Shown here in pieces: positions 40,930-50,400 of a DNA stretch of 64,000 nt. The stretch is from the sequence record PP777464.1, one strand, 5' to 3'. A program made the translations under genes and the position numbers. The notes beneath the pieces were generated by a model, which was given only the letters and a program-made list of their open reading frames with translations, searched no databases and was not told the origin of the DNA. The first letter of the stretch is position 1. Each line of letters starts with the position of its first letter.

Positions 40930-41007
40930 CGTTCAAAAAGTCTCTAATAGTATTAAATACTTCTGTACAAATAATATGTGCAGAAGTATTACTCGTTAGA
41001 GGTTATA

Positions 41008-41373
41008 ATGAAAAAATATATAAGAATGATAATGGTGTTTGTAGTATTCATGCTTTATTCAAGGTTCAGTACAGCCGTACCTGCTTACCTTGATTGTATG
41101 GGAAACGATGGAACATGGCATGTACTTTCTAATGACCCACAAAATGGAAACAATATTGTCGTAGATAATGAGGTTTACCGTTTCAGGGCCGAGAGTTTGA
41201 TTGGGAATAAAAAGGTATCGACATATAAATCAGATGCTGGTATAATAGCAAATGTAATATTGATAGTGGACCCCAAGACAAAGGATGGGGATATTTACAT
41301 AGTCATTTATCAAGATTCGTCGAACAAACGCGATCAGGATATTGATAAATTGAATATTCATTGTGAACTTTAA
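41008..41373 (+). CDS. exported two-Cys beta protein
   Basis: Signal peptide; YLDC...IHC; RBS GAGG. Confidence 0.7.
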   Translation: MKKYIRMIMVFVVFMLYSRFSTAVPAYLDCMGNDGTWHVLSNDPQNGNNIVVDNEVYRFRAESLIGNKKVSTYKSDAGIIANVILIVDPKTKDGDIYIVIYQDSSNKRDQDIDKLNIHCEL

Positions 41374-41383
41374 GGTATAACAA

Positions 41384-41767
41384 ATGATAAACGATGTAAT
41401 GCTTTATGTATTAATTACTCCGATTCTTATTAACTCAGTAATAACTATTTCAATGGCATTATTTGGTATAGTAGCAATTGTTTATGCTGTTAGTACTGGG
41501 AAGTATACTTTAATTAGTAAGGTTGATTCATGGTTCGCATCTGATAGTGTACCATATTCAGCTAGTATGATTACGATTGGTATTCTAATCGTTGCATTTA
41601 CACTGCACTGTATTGGTTTTATTAATACAAGTATTTTTTCAGTTTTTATTGGTCTATCATTATATCCATCACTTTGGTACTTGATTTATGTAATCGATGT
41701 TTGGTATAATAACTACAAGCAGTACAAAGTGAAGAAATCCATTTTATCCAAAGGAAACAAATCATGA
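41384..41767 (+). CDS. multi-pass membrane protein
   Basis: 3 hydrophobic segments. Confidence 0.7.
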   Translation: MINDVMLYVLITPILINSVITISMALFGIVAIVYAVSTGKYTLISKVDSWFASDSVPYSASMITIGILIVAFTLHCIGFINTSIFSVFIGLSLYPSLWYLIYVIDVWYNNYKQYKVKKSILSKGNKS

Positions 41768-42114
41768 AAGTAATTTTGTTTTTTGTTTGTATGATTATAT
41801 GTGGTATGTCTTATGCAGAACCATTACCTGGACTAGTCTGTACTGAAGGTGATATTAAACACATTTACCAAGGTGATAGCGATGACCATACTATCGTTTA
41901 TATCGATGGTGAAGTGTATAATTTTGTTAAAGAACATACTGTAGGTGACATTAGTTTTACGCAGTACTCGAATGATACTGATCCCAATATGCTTGCATTT
42001 CTTCAAGTTGATGTATATGAAGAAAGTAATGGCGAACAGTATGTTAAACTTGTGATGATGCGTAAGGCAGCAAAACAGGCAACATTCGGTGGCTTGTGTA
42101 AATATGAGGACTAA
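41764..42114 (+). CDS. exported two-Cys beta protein, paralogue of 41008
   Basis: Signal peptide SYA; IVYIDGEVYNF vs IVVDNEVYRF. Confidence 0.7.
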   Translation: MKVILFFVCMIICGMSYAEPLPGLVCTEGDIKHIYQGDSDDHTIVYIDGEVYNFVKEHTVGDISFTQYSNDTDPNMLAFLQVDVYEESNGEQYVKLVMMRKAAKQATFGGLCKYED

Positions 42115-42118
42115 ACAT

Positions 42119-42310
42119 ATGTTGATTTATCAATGTGGTAACATTCGTGTTATGCAGCATCCCTACTTACAAATCTTTGATGTGCAGCAGTATATGGAAG
42201 GTGATGATCCAAGAACCTATGGTCGTAAGTATGATTACTTCACTGTAAAGCAGTGTCATAACATCAAAGAAGTACGACAATTAGTTCAAGAACTTCAAAA
42301 TAAAGGTTGA
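42119..42310 (+). CDS. hypothetical protein
   Basis: RBS GAGGA; stop lies in cassette. Confidence 0.65.
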   Translation: MLIYQCGNIRVMQHPYLQIFDVQQYMEGDDPRTYGRKYDYFTVKQCHNIKEVRQLVQELQNKG

Positions 42311-42348
42311 CTTCGGTCAACCTTTTTTGTTATAATTATTTCATCAAC
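42302..42348 (+). repeat. terminator/promoter fusion cassette
   Basis: aaaggTTGACTtcggtcaacctttttt-gt-TATAAT-tatttcatcaac. Confidence 0.9.
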
Positions 42349-42365
42349 TACTGGGGATTTTAATT

Positions 42366-42806
42366 ATGTACGTATATCGTTTTGAACTTAAATTCAGTTA
42401 TATTGAACCTAACTTAGATCCAGCAAAAACAGTAGGGCCGTTCGCACGGTACTCTTCACGATACAGTACTAAAAATGGATTTGACCGTTTGTGCATGACC
42501 ACGCCTTCGCAATTCCAACCAGAACCAACTGAAGATGGAATCTATTCAATCAAACGTGGCTGGGCATTTGGCTGTCAGAGTTTGAATGATTTGTTTAAGT
42601 TCTTTACTATGGACTTGGGTAAATTACATCGTGCAGGGTTTGCTGTATCAGTATATGAAGTTCCTGATAATCATGTTGACATTGGTCGTAGTCAAGTTCA
42701 GTACTATTGTGGTAGTGCCAATCTGGTTCGTATCATGTCAGTGAGAGAAGCAAAGGATGAGTACCGCCAAAGTAAAAGAGTAATACATGAGGCTGTATAT
42801 GGATAA
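42366..42806 (+). CDS. hypothetical protein (possible ADP-ribosyltransferase-like fold)
   Basis: YVYR...FGCQSL...QVQY spacing; low-confidence fold guess. Confidence 0.6.
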   Translation: MYVYRFELKFSYIEPNLDPAKTVGPFARYSSRYSTKNGFDRLCMTTPSQFQPEPTEDGIYSIKRGWAFGCQSLNDLFKFFTMDLGKLHRAGFAVSVYEVPDNHVDIGRSQVQYYCGSANLVRIMSVREAKDEYRQSKRVIHEAVYG

Positions 42807-43143
42807 GACACAAATAGAATTAAAAAAATTTGTATCGTTTTATCTACCCAATGACCCACGTTGTACACAATATGATGTTGCATATTACAATGCATTGACT
42901 ACACAGTTAATGAAGAAATTCAAACAGTGTTTGACTGTATTCAATGATGATGGTAGACGTAGATATAGAATCATTCCAATGAATGATGAAAACGATAACT
43001 ACTTTGACTTTGATGTTGTTTTTCGAGCATACAATGATGATAGAATAAAATTAAATTATGAGCAAATAATGCTTGACCTGAGTGTTATCTGTGTTATAAT
43101 TACTCACATAGCCGAACTTGATGGTTTAAAAGAATGGTATTAA
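42799..43143 (+). CDS. hypothetical protein
   Basis: RBS GAGG. Confidence 0.7.
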   Translation: MDKTQIELKKFVSFYLPNDPRCTQYDVAYYNALTTQLMKKFKQCLTVFNDDGRRRYRIIPMNDENDNYFDFDVVFRAYNDDRIKLNYEQIMLDLSVICVIITHIAELDGLKEWY

Positions 43144-43157
43144 CTTAGAGGATAATC

Positions 43158-43424
43158 ATGAAGCTTAAATTACAATACAATGGTTTTACTTTGCGTAACG
43201 ACACTGAGTTTGTCAATCGTTCACCAGGTGCTGAGTTGTTTTTGCGAGAGATGAACATTCCTTTCGTCATCACTACTGTTGGTGACCGTGAAGTGCTACA
43301 ATACGCAGAGCATCCAGTTATTGATGTTCCGTGGTATTCTGAGCATATGTATATGGATATGGCCCGTCGCTACGACTGTAAGTTCGTAGTTGAAGGTGAT
43401 AAAATTACAGTCCAATTCAAATAA
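43158..43424 (+). CDS. hypothetical protein
   Basis: RBS GAGGA. Confidence 0.7.
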   Translation: MKLKLQYNGFTLRNDTEFVNRSPGAELFLREMNIPFVITTVGDREVLQYAEHPVIDVPWYSEHMYMDMARRYDCKFVVEGDKITVQFK

Positions 43425-43435
43425 GGTAACTTAAA

Positions 43436-43729
43436 ATGATCAGTACTTCAGTAAATGCAAGCATCGTGGCAGACGTAGAAATGGTTAAAGAATGTACAGA
43501 CGAAACCCTTCGCAACATGTACATCAATGATTTGATTTCAGAGTACGGAAGTCGTGGTGTTCATGAGTTTGTTCGCCTAAGCGGTGAATTGATGAAGAAT
43601 CGCATTCGTATGAAGCTTAATGTGCATCCAAAAGCATGGGCGTTTACAATGAAGTACGCTGAAGATATTGTTGAGTTGCGTCGCAATGATGTGTATAATC
43701 GTTTACACAATGGTACATTAAAGGACTAA
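43436..43729 (+). CDS. hypothetical protein
   Basis: RBS AAGGT; followed by hairpin aggaatcc/ggattcct. Confidence 0.7.
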   Translation: MISTSVNASIVADVEMVKECTDETLRNMYINDLISEYGSRGVHEFVRLSGELMKNRIRMKLNVHPKAWAFTMKYAEDIVELRRNDVYNRLHNGTLKD

Positions 43730-43779
43730 ATTATAGGAATCCGTAAAAGGATTCCTGTTCTTGTTTGTAAGGTAATAAA

Positions 43780-44004
43780 ATGAAATATCTAGTACTAGTA
43801 CTGCTATTCTTGAGTACTGTTGTATGTGCTAAACCAAAGTATCATGTAGTGTGTATCAACGAGATGGAAGGATATACTGAAACATATAAGAACCATATTG
43901 TTGAAGTTGCAGCCCAAGGTTCCTATGGGACCATCATCTTCCTTAAGAACAATGTGATTGTTCAGTACAAAAAAGATTCAAATTGTAAAGTGACTAAAAA
44001 TTGA
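43780..44004 (+). CDS. small exported two-Cys protein
   Basis: Signal peptide VCA. Confidence 0.7.
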   Translation: MKYLVLVLLFLSTVVCAKPKYHVVCINEMEGYTETYKNHIVEVAAQGSYGTIIFLKNNVIVQYKKDSNCKVTKN

Positions 44005-44074
44005 TCTAGATCATTTTTTCAGATATTCTCTGTAAATAATAGCAGTACAGAACATTATTTTACGGAGGTGTAAT

Positions 44075-44311
44075 ATGGAAACTATAATCATCATATGTGC
44101 GTTGTTTGCATTTTTGGTAATGTGGTCACCAACATTCATTGCATATAAAATGAAAAATAAAAATGCAGAAGCAATTATGTACGTAAACTTATGTTGCATA
44201 CTAACTTATGGAATACTTTTATTCTTTACTGAATTTACATTAATCCCAGTAGTAGTTTGTTCATCAATGTTTATTTGGTTGTTTCTGCTTTATGAATCTA
44301 TTAAAAAATAA
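44075..44311 (+). CDS. T4 Imm-like membrane protein
   Basis: WSPTFIAYKMKNKNAEAIMYVNL. Confidence 0.65.
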   Translation: METIIIICALFAFLVMWSPTFIAYKMKNKNAEAIMYVNLCCILTYGILLFFTEFTLIPVVVCSSMFIWLFLLYESIKK

Positions 44312-44365
44312 AAGATATAGGGTTGGTAATATGCCATCCCTTTTACTTTATGTGGGGTTTAATTA

Positions 44366-44938
44366 ATGAATAGAAAAGGTAAGTTCAAAGTATCAAAGAA
44401 GAACAAAAGTTCTAGATTTAGACCTATAACTTTAACTTTTAAGGCTAAAGAAGAATTAACTGCACTTAGTAAAAAGATAATTTCATCTAAGATTAAAGTA
44501 TCATACGTAAATTCGTTAAAATTTCAGAAGGTTAAACCACAAGACAAACTCATTTCACTTATATTTGAACGTAATGATTTTGAGATATTAGTAGATGATT
44601 ATAGAGCCTATAATGCTGGATTCATCCATGTCACTTGTAATACCGAACTAACTGAGTTGGAACATTTGACATGTATCATAAGTGTAGATAACGGTGTGGT
44701 GAAGTACAAATTTTTACATTTTACCAATATCAATAATGGAATGGGTGTACAATCCAGAACTATAGTACCTACATGTGATGTGACTAATTTAGCAAAGCTC
44801 AATGAAGAAGAATATTTTCAAGAAAGCATTGTAACTGAGCATTTAGATGCTATAATAGCAACTTACAAAGAATGCATATGGGTTTTGAATGCGATAAAGC
44901 CCAAATTGTGTTTAATGAATGTCGTTCGTGATTTATAA
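44366..44938 (+). CDS. EExxFQxS family protein
   Basis: LNEEEYFQESIVTE. Confidence 0.8.
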   Translation: MNRKGKFKVSKKNKSSRFRPITLTFKAKEELTALSKKIISSKIKVSYVNSLKFQKVKPQDKLISLIFERNDFEILVDDYRAYNAGFIHVTCNTELTELEHLTCIISVDNGVVKYKFLHFTNINNGMGVQSRTIVPTCDVTNLAKLNEEEYFQESIVTEHLDAIIATYKECIWVLNAIKPKLCLMNVVRDL

Positions 44939-44951
44939 CTGGAGATGTAGT

Positions 44952-45395
44952 ATGGGTTGGATTAACGTTAATAGCATTGAGCTAAATGAGCAAGACATAT
45001 TTGCCTTTGTTAATTTGGTAGAGAACATTGCTATTAAAGGTCGTCTGTTTAGTTCATCGGACGGTAAAAAATGGATCTCTCTTATGAACGACAATGGCGA
45101 GATTTATGACGTTATGCAACTACCTCATTGGGCTTATAAGAATACATCTGATGATGTGATGGCTGCTGTTATGCGTGAGTTTGAGAAGCTGCCAGGTGGT
45201 GATATTAAGAACATCGTATTCAATGCAGAACGCATGAACTACACACCAGAGCAGCTTCAACAGTTGGCAATTGCTGCCTATCAAGCTGCCATTAAGAAAC
45301 CTGAATGTGTGATATTAAAGTACACACCGGACTTGAAGTTAACACTAGAAGATATGGATTCCTTTATCTTCAGTTCAGAACTTAAACAGTACTGA
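44952..45395 (+). CDS. hypothetical protein
   Basis: RBS GGAG. Confidence 0.7.
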   Translation: MGWINVNSIELNEQDIFAFVNLVENIAIKGRLFSSSDGKKWISLMNDNGEIYDVMQLPHWAYKNTSDDVMAAVMREFEKLPGGDIKNIVFNAERMNYTPEQLQQLAIAAYQAAIKKPECVILKYTPDLKLTLEDMDSFIFSSELKQY

Positions 45396-45466
45396 TTTGA
45401 CTTTGGGACAACCATTTCTTACGTGATATAATCTTAAGTGTCTGTAGAAATAAACAGCACATGAAG

Positions 45467-45474
45467 TATAAATA
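45467..45474 (+). promoter_or_regulatory. T4-type late promoter
   Basis: TATAAATA. Confidence 0.55.
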
Positions 45475-45506
45475 TTAAAGTAATTTATCTCTTTAAGGAG
45501 TATGAA

Positions 45507-45890
45507 ATGGTTGATAAATGGAATAAGAAAGATCCATCGCATGATGTGGATATTTCTGGAATTGATAATGCACATAAGCATAAGTATCTTGATTCACTAG
45601 GTCTACTAAAGCCTGACCAAAGTCTTGCACATGATCGTCCTTCACGTGAAAAAGCTTTCAGTCTAGAATCACTAGGTCATGAATTGAATCGTGTATTTGA
45701 AGATCATCCAATTTATGTACGTGATATCATTGAGAAACTTAAAGTGACTCCTAAAGAGCACTTCAAGGCAACAGTACACGCAGCATTCCGTGCACTACAT
45801 GAAGCACTAAAGAAAACTCATAACCTTCGTAAGATTCATGATGATATCGTGAACTCTATTGAAGGTGAAAAACATAAGTTTAAAAAATAA
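45507..45890 (+). CDS. His/Lys-rich protein, possible late/virion protein
   Basis: RBS AAGGAG; TATAAATA upstream. Confidence 0.7.
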   Translation: MVDKWNKKDPSHDVDISGIDNAHKHKYLDSLGLLKPDQSLAHDRPSREKAFSLESLGHELNRVFEDHPIYVRDIIEKLKVTPKEHFKATVHAAFRALHEALKKTHNLRKIHDDIVNSIEGEKHKFKK

Positions 45891-45893
45891 TTA

Positions 45894-45941
45894 AAAGGGG
45901 TTGACTTCAGTCAGCCCTTTGTCGTATAATATTTTCATCAA
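45894..45941 (+). repeat. terminator/promoter fusion cassette
   Basis: ggggTTGACTtcagtcagcccttt-gtcg-TATAAT-attttcatcaa. Confidence 0.85.
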
Positions 45942-45977
45942 GTGATACAAAATACAAACAACGTGAGGTATTAAATT

Positions 45978-46091
45978 ATGCAAGGTACTAAATTCATCAT
46001 CGCTGCCCTAATCGCTGCTGTTGTAGTGGGTACAGTATGTTATTCAATTGACACCTATATCAATACACCTAGTGTTGAACAAACCAAATAA
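45978..46091 (+). CDS. single-TM micropeptide (37 aa)
   Basis: RBS GAGG; MQGTKFIIAALIAAVVVG... Confidence 0.6.
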   Translation: MQGTKFIIAALIAAVVVGTVCYSIDTYINTPSVEQTK

Positions 46092-46099
46092 GGGATATC

Positions 46100-46363
46100 A
46101 TGGCTGAAACATTATCACTATATGCGTTAGTACTGTTATTTGTCGGATTTCTTCCCGCACTCATTACAGCCATTCGTGTTGTTAAACATGAAGCTGCATT
46201 GATTGTATGTAGTATTGGGTCGAACATTCTATTGTATTTCTTTTTGACAAATACTATTGTACTGTTTGCTTTCTTTATCATGATTCTGTGGGTACTTGTA
46301 ATTCTCGGATTCTTCATTTGGTCATTGGTTGATCCTAAGAAAAAAACAGGAGAAGTGAAATGA
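46100..46363 (+). CDS. T4 Imm-like membrane protein
   Basis: GFLPALITAIRVVKH. Confidence 0.55.
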   Translation: MAETLSLYALVLLFVGFLPALITAIRVVKHEAALIVCSIGSNILLYFFLTNTIVLFAFFIMILWVLVILGFFIWSLVDPKKKTGEVK

Positions 46364-46656
46364 AATTAATTATTGTAATGATGATGTGTTTGGCTTTCCC
46401 AGTACTGGCTACTCCTAATCTGGACTGCACACTGTTGCGTTCAGATGGTGACACACTTGAAATCAACACATATGAACTCTTTGGTCCAAGTGTAGTGGAG
46501 AATGAAACCACCTACAATTTCAAAGCTATTGACTTTGAAGGTAATGTTCCAGTACTAACTACAATGACTATTGACAAAACTACTTTGCTCGGACGAATCA
46601 CCACACAACGCGGAGAAAGTAAAACATTCACAGCGAAAGCTGACTGTAACTACTAA
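46360..46656 (+). CDS. exported two-Cys beta protein
   Basis: Signal peptide VLA; NLDC...ADC. Confidence 0.7.
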   Translation: MKLIIVMMMCLAFPVLATPNLDCTLLRSDGDTLEINTYELFGPSVVENETTYNFKAIDFEGNVPVLTTMTIDKTTLLGRITTQRGESKTFTAKADCNY

Positions 46657-46674
46657 TGGTATAGTACAGTGAAA

Positions 46675-46716
46675 ATAGGGTTGACTTCGGTCAACCTTTT
46701 CTTTATACTATAAATA
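46675..46716 (+). repeat. terminator/promoter cassette overlapping TATAAATA
   Basis: TTGACT-N17-TATACT plus TATAAATA 46709-46716. Confidence 0.8.
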
Positions 46717-46737
46717 TAGTCATAGAGAATAAACAAT

Positions 46738-48249
46738 ATGAAATCTATGGAGAGAAATCAAATGCCAGGTCAATTTACTGATAAAAATGGCGGGAACATG
46801 GCAGGTCACTCTGATAAATGGAGTGAACGCAATCGTCGTCAAAATAGCTACCAAGCAGGACAGGGGTCACGTGGTTCACGTAATCAAGGGACAGGTTTAG
46901 CTGGTAAGGCAAACGCAGAAGCAGGTGAAGTTAAGAGTACTGAGAACATGACTGAGCTAGAAAAGCTACGTTATGTTAACTCATTAGGTCTTCTTAACGC
47001 AACACAGAAACAACGCCTTGCTGATATGGAACGTGCTGAGAAAGAACAAGCAGTTCCTAAAGAAGAACCAAAACCAGAAGCTCCTAAAGCAGCTAACCCT
47101 GTTAAAGAGTTATCTGATAACTTAGGTAAGATCTTTGCTAACAAACCACAGTTGATTCAGGGTATTGTCAAAGCACTACAGGCAGTTCCTAAAGAAGAAC
47201 TCAAAGGTAAAGCACAAGCTGTACTTGATGCAATGAAAGGTAATAAGAGCACTGAACCTACTGAAGTATTCAGTACTATCATGCGTGCACTTGAAGGTAC
47301 ACACAAAGAAGATTCGAAAGAACCTGAACAGGGTGAAGCAAGTCTTGATGGTATTCTTAAAACTTTTGATAGTATTGGTAAAGCAGACCGTGCTAATGCC
47401 CAGCAAGTCAAGAATGTACTGGCTAAACTTGAAAACCGTTTAGAAGGTAAAGACGATAAGGTTAAGCTCGTATCAGATGCAGTTAACAGTGCACTTAAAT
47501 CTTATGTACAAGGTGAGAAAAGTCGCTTCGTAACAGCTATGGATGCTGCATTCAACACTATGAAAAAGTATGAAGCAGAACATGGTGAGAAAGTGACACC
47601 TGATGGATATCTACTACGTAAAGATGAAGAAGGTGCAGTTGAACAGAAAGATGTTGAGCCTGAGCAAGAAGATCTACCTGATACCGTTGATATGGATGGA
47701 TACATTCATCGTCCTGAGATGGAAGAGTTTGGGTCAGATAAAGAAGGTTTTGAACATGCAATGGCAGTATATAAAGCATTAGTTAAAAATCCAGATTATG
47801 CTAACCGTTTTGTTGACGAGTTTGATAGTGCATGGAATAACTATAAAGACAAAGGTTATGACTTCCCTGCTGAAGCTGCATTCTTTGAACTTGGTAAACT
47901 ATTAGCTAAACATGGAATTGACGTTGGTTCATCTGATTCTGATGGTATGGAAGAAGAACATCTTGAAATGACTGATAAATCAATTCATGAACTTCAAAAG
48001 TTAATGATGTGGATATCCGAGATTGGTAAAAAAGCAGGTGCTGATAGTAAAAGTATCAACAAAAATATTAGTTGGATTAAAGATAATGTTGGTAACAATG
48101 CTCGTAAACTTCAAAAGGCTTGGGCTGATTTAGTAAATGGTGCAGATGATGTTGACATTGAATCACCAGAAGCATATGAGTATGCACTAACTACACTTGA
48201 TAACTCATTCAAAGAGTACGACCGTGGTGTTGGAAAGGATAAAAAATAA
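46738..48249 (+). CDS. large highly charged protein, candidate internal head protein
   Basis: 503 aa, K/E/D/A-rich; late promoter; alternative start ATG 46762 with RBS GGAG. Confidence 0.7.
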   Translation: MKSMERNQMPGQFTDKNGGNMAGHSDKWSERNRRQNSYQAGQGSRGSRNQGTGLAGKANAEAGEVKSTENMTELEKLRYVNSLGLLNATQKQRLADMERAEKEQAVPKEEPKPEAPKAANPVKELSDNLGKIFANKPQLIQGIVKALQAVPKEELKGKAQAVLDAMKGNKSTEPTEVFSTIMRALEGTHKEDSKEPEQGEASLDGILKTFDSIGKADRANAQQVKNVLAKLENRLEGKDDKVKLVSDAVNSALKSYVQGEKSRFVTAMDAAFNTMKKYEAEHGEKVTPDGYLLRKDEEGAVEQKDVEPEQEDLPDTVDMDGYIHRPEMEEFGSDKEGFEHAMAVYKALVKNPDYANRFVDEFDSAWNNYKDKGYDFPAEAAFFELGKLLAKHGIDVGSSDSDGMEEEHLEMTDKSIHELQKLMMWISEIGKKAGADSKSINKNISWIKDNVGNNARKLQKAWADLVNGADDVDIESPEAYEYALTTLDNSFKEYDRGVGKDKK

Positions 48250-48255
48250 ACATTT

Positions 48256-48291
48256 AAAAGGTTGACTTCGGTCAACCTTTTTTTGTAAATA
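48256..48291 (+). terminator. terminator cassette copy
   Basis: aaaaggttgac-ttcg-gtcaacctttttt followed by TAAATA. Confidence 0.9.
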
Positions 48292-48320
48292 TTGTAGAGG
48301 GTTTTATAAGAGGTAATGCA

Positions 48321-48933
48321 ATGTTTAAATATGTTTTATTTTCACTTGTATTGTTTACTGATATAGTTTATAGTACTGAATACCAGTGCTCCATTGCTAG
48401 ACAGGAGTTTAGAAACGGTGAGTTCTATACCAAGTCTTACACTAGAGGATTGGTACATGACAATAATAAAACTATAGGGTTCAATGCATTTGATAACAAA
48501 GATCGATATACGTCTGGAATACTATCTGAACGTAAGTCGGATGTAATAGGTATCGAGCATGAATTCCGGTGACACAGTTGCAATGTGTAATGATATTGAG
48601 AGTACTAAGAAAGTATATACTAATGGTGAAACTACCTTTAGATTCCACAATCTTACTACTAATGAAAGTTTATACTTCTACAACTGTAAAGAGTTCATTA
48701 AACCTGTGGATAACTCATGTGATATGCCGGAGCCAAAAGCTGCTGTATGTGAGGAACCACAATCCAAAGCTGACAAAGATTCAAAAGATAAGAAAGACAA
48801 AGCTGACAAATCGGATAAAAAAGAAAACAAAAAGAAAGCTAAAGATGATAAAGATAAAAAGTCCCCTAAGCCAAATCCATTTGAAAAGCCAAAGAATGAA
48901 AAGCCAAAACCAGACATGACATGTAAAATATAA
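48321..48933 (+). pseudogene. exported protein apparently split by a frameshift (ORFs 48321-48572 and 48559-48933)
   Basis: Signal peptide in first half; second half has no RBS and continues similarity to 49000; K/D-rich tail. Confidence 0.5.
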
Positions 48934-48936
48934 AAG

Positions 48937-48986
48937 AAAAGGGTTGACTTCGGTCGGCCCTTTTTGCTATAATCATTTCATCAACT
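48937..48986 (+). repeat. terminator/promoter fusion cassette
   Basis: gggTTGACTtcggtcggccctttttgc-TATAAT-catttcatcaac. Confidence 0.9.
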
Positions 48987-48999
48987 ACTGGAGGCAAAC

Positions 49000-49413
49000 A
49001 TGTTAAAAGTTATTTTCCGTTCTATCAGTTCATTACTTCTTATGATTAGTTCAGTTTGTTATGCAAATGAAGTATCTGATTTATTTGAGAAGAATTACCC
49101 AACTGCACAAGAGATGGGTGTTTTAAAATGCAAGCTAACTTCGTACAACATCATCGGCAGTAAACTTGTACTGGAACATGAACGTAGTACACCAATCCCT
49201 CTAGTGGAAGAAGGTAGTACCTTTAGCTTCAAGTACGGGGTGAATGTAACATCTGGTGTAATGAACAATGTTGATGCAGAGACTGGTTCAACATGGAGTA
49301 CTAGCGGTAAAGATGTGTTTCATCGTATGCGTGAAAATGGTAAACTGAAGTACGTATATGAAAGTTCATTCATGAAACGTGTATTCATTATAAAAAATTG
49401 TGTACCAGCATAA
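49000..49413 (+). CDS. exported two-Cys beta protein
   Basis: Signal peptide CYA; RBS GGAGG. Confidence 0.75.
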   Translation: MLKVIFRSISSLLLMISSVCYANEVSDLFEKNYPTAQEMGVLKCKLTSYNIIGSKLVLEHERSTPIPLVEEGSTFSFKYGVNVTSGVMNNVDAETGSTWSTSGKDVFHRMRENGKLKYVYESSFMKRVFIIKNCVPA

Positions 49414-49424
49414 GGAACAACATC

Positions 49425-49700
49425 ATGCGTTCATTTGAAAACTTAATCGGTAAACTTCGCTTACAAGAAATTGAAGCTGATGTGAAGGAATTATCTGAAA
49501 CTAAGAGTTACATTCATTTAGATGAACTGTTTATTAAGTACGGTGAGATTGGTTTTAAGTCATTATTTGTGTTTGTCATGAAGGTGCATAGTTTAAAGTA
49601 CTTTGATTTGAGTTCAAAAGACGGACAACCAAATCTGTATTACATGTATTATCTTAAGAACATAGACGAAGCTAATACATTATTCTTAGAATATATGTAG
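49425..49700 (+). CDS. hypothetical protein
   Basis: RBS AAGGA. Confidence 0.7.
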   Translation: MRSFENLIGKLRLQEIEADVKELSETKSYIHLDELFIKYGEIGFKSLFVFVMKVHSLKYFDLSSKDGQPNLYYMYYLKNIDEANTLFLEYM

Positions 49701-49709
49701 GGGTAAAAA

Positions 49710-50048
49710 ATGGAACAACATTTTGAATTAATTAATAAGGTATCATTTTATGTAGTATCGTTAATTTGGGTGTATTACATGTTTTGTTACATTATTGCAT
49801 TCTTCCGATACACGACCTTGTATCAACGCATATACTACGATGCACCAATTTCATTTTTGATGTTCAGTGCATGTACGTGGGGGATAATTGAAGCACTGGC
49901 ATGTGGATATAGTACGGACGAATTAAATCTCGTATCGGTGTTGACATTACTAACAATTGCTACTATGATAGCTACAGTTCCGATATTTTTGCTCTTTAAA
50001 CTGCTTCATCGCATCGATGAGTGGCGTAATAAAATCCCTGAAAAGTAA
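49710..50048 (+). CDS. 3-TM membrane family protein
   Basis: FFRYTTLYQRIY...RNKIPE. Confidence 0.75.
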   Translation: MEQHFELINKVSFYVVSLIWVYYMFCYIIAFFRYTTLYQRIYYDAPISFLMFSACTWGIIEALACGYSTDELNLVSVLTLLTIATMIATVPIFLLFKLLHRIDEWRNKIPEK

Positions 50049-50051
50049 GGA

Positions 50052-50399
50052 TTGATAATGATTTTTTACACTAATGCGTTTGCTTATGCCGTTGCATCAA
50101 TCTACATTGTGTACTTCTTATTTGGTGGAGTACTGTACTTCTTTAAGTACAAAACATTGTTTAACCGAATGTATCCAAATCATCCAATTGTAGTAGTACT
50201 TTTGATTATTTCTGTTGCTCACATCATTGTAGAAACAATAATGGGTATTAGTGCAGTACATTACAGTCTAGGTACTATTGTGATTATTACTATGATCATC
50301 GCATACATTTTAGTAATGGGTTCTGGTTTATTTGGGAATGTAGCAATGAAATTGTATAATCGAATTAAAACCTTACGTGATAATCTACCGGAGCGTTGA
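50052..50399 (+). CDS. 3-TM membrane family protein
   Basis: YFFKYKTLFNRMYP...RDNLPE. Confidence 0.75.
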   Translation: MIMIFYTNAFAYAVASIYIVYFLFGGVLYFFKYKTLFNRMYPNHPIVVVLLIISVAHIIVETIMGISAVHYSLGTIVIITMIIAYILVMGSGLFGNVAMKLYNRIKTLRDNLPER

Positions 50400-50400
50400 G

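Noticed and set aside
48569-48919. Overlapping alternative-frame 116-aa ORF
   Set aside because: Stays open because of the A-rich low-complexity K/D tail; no RBS.
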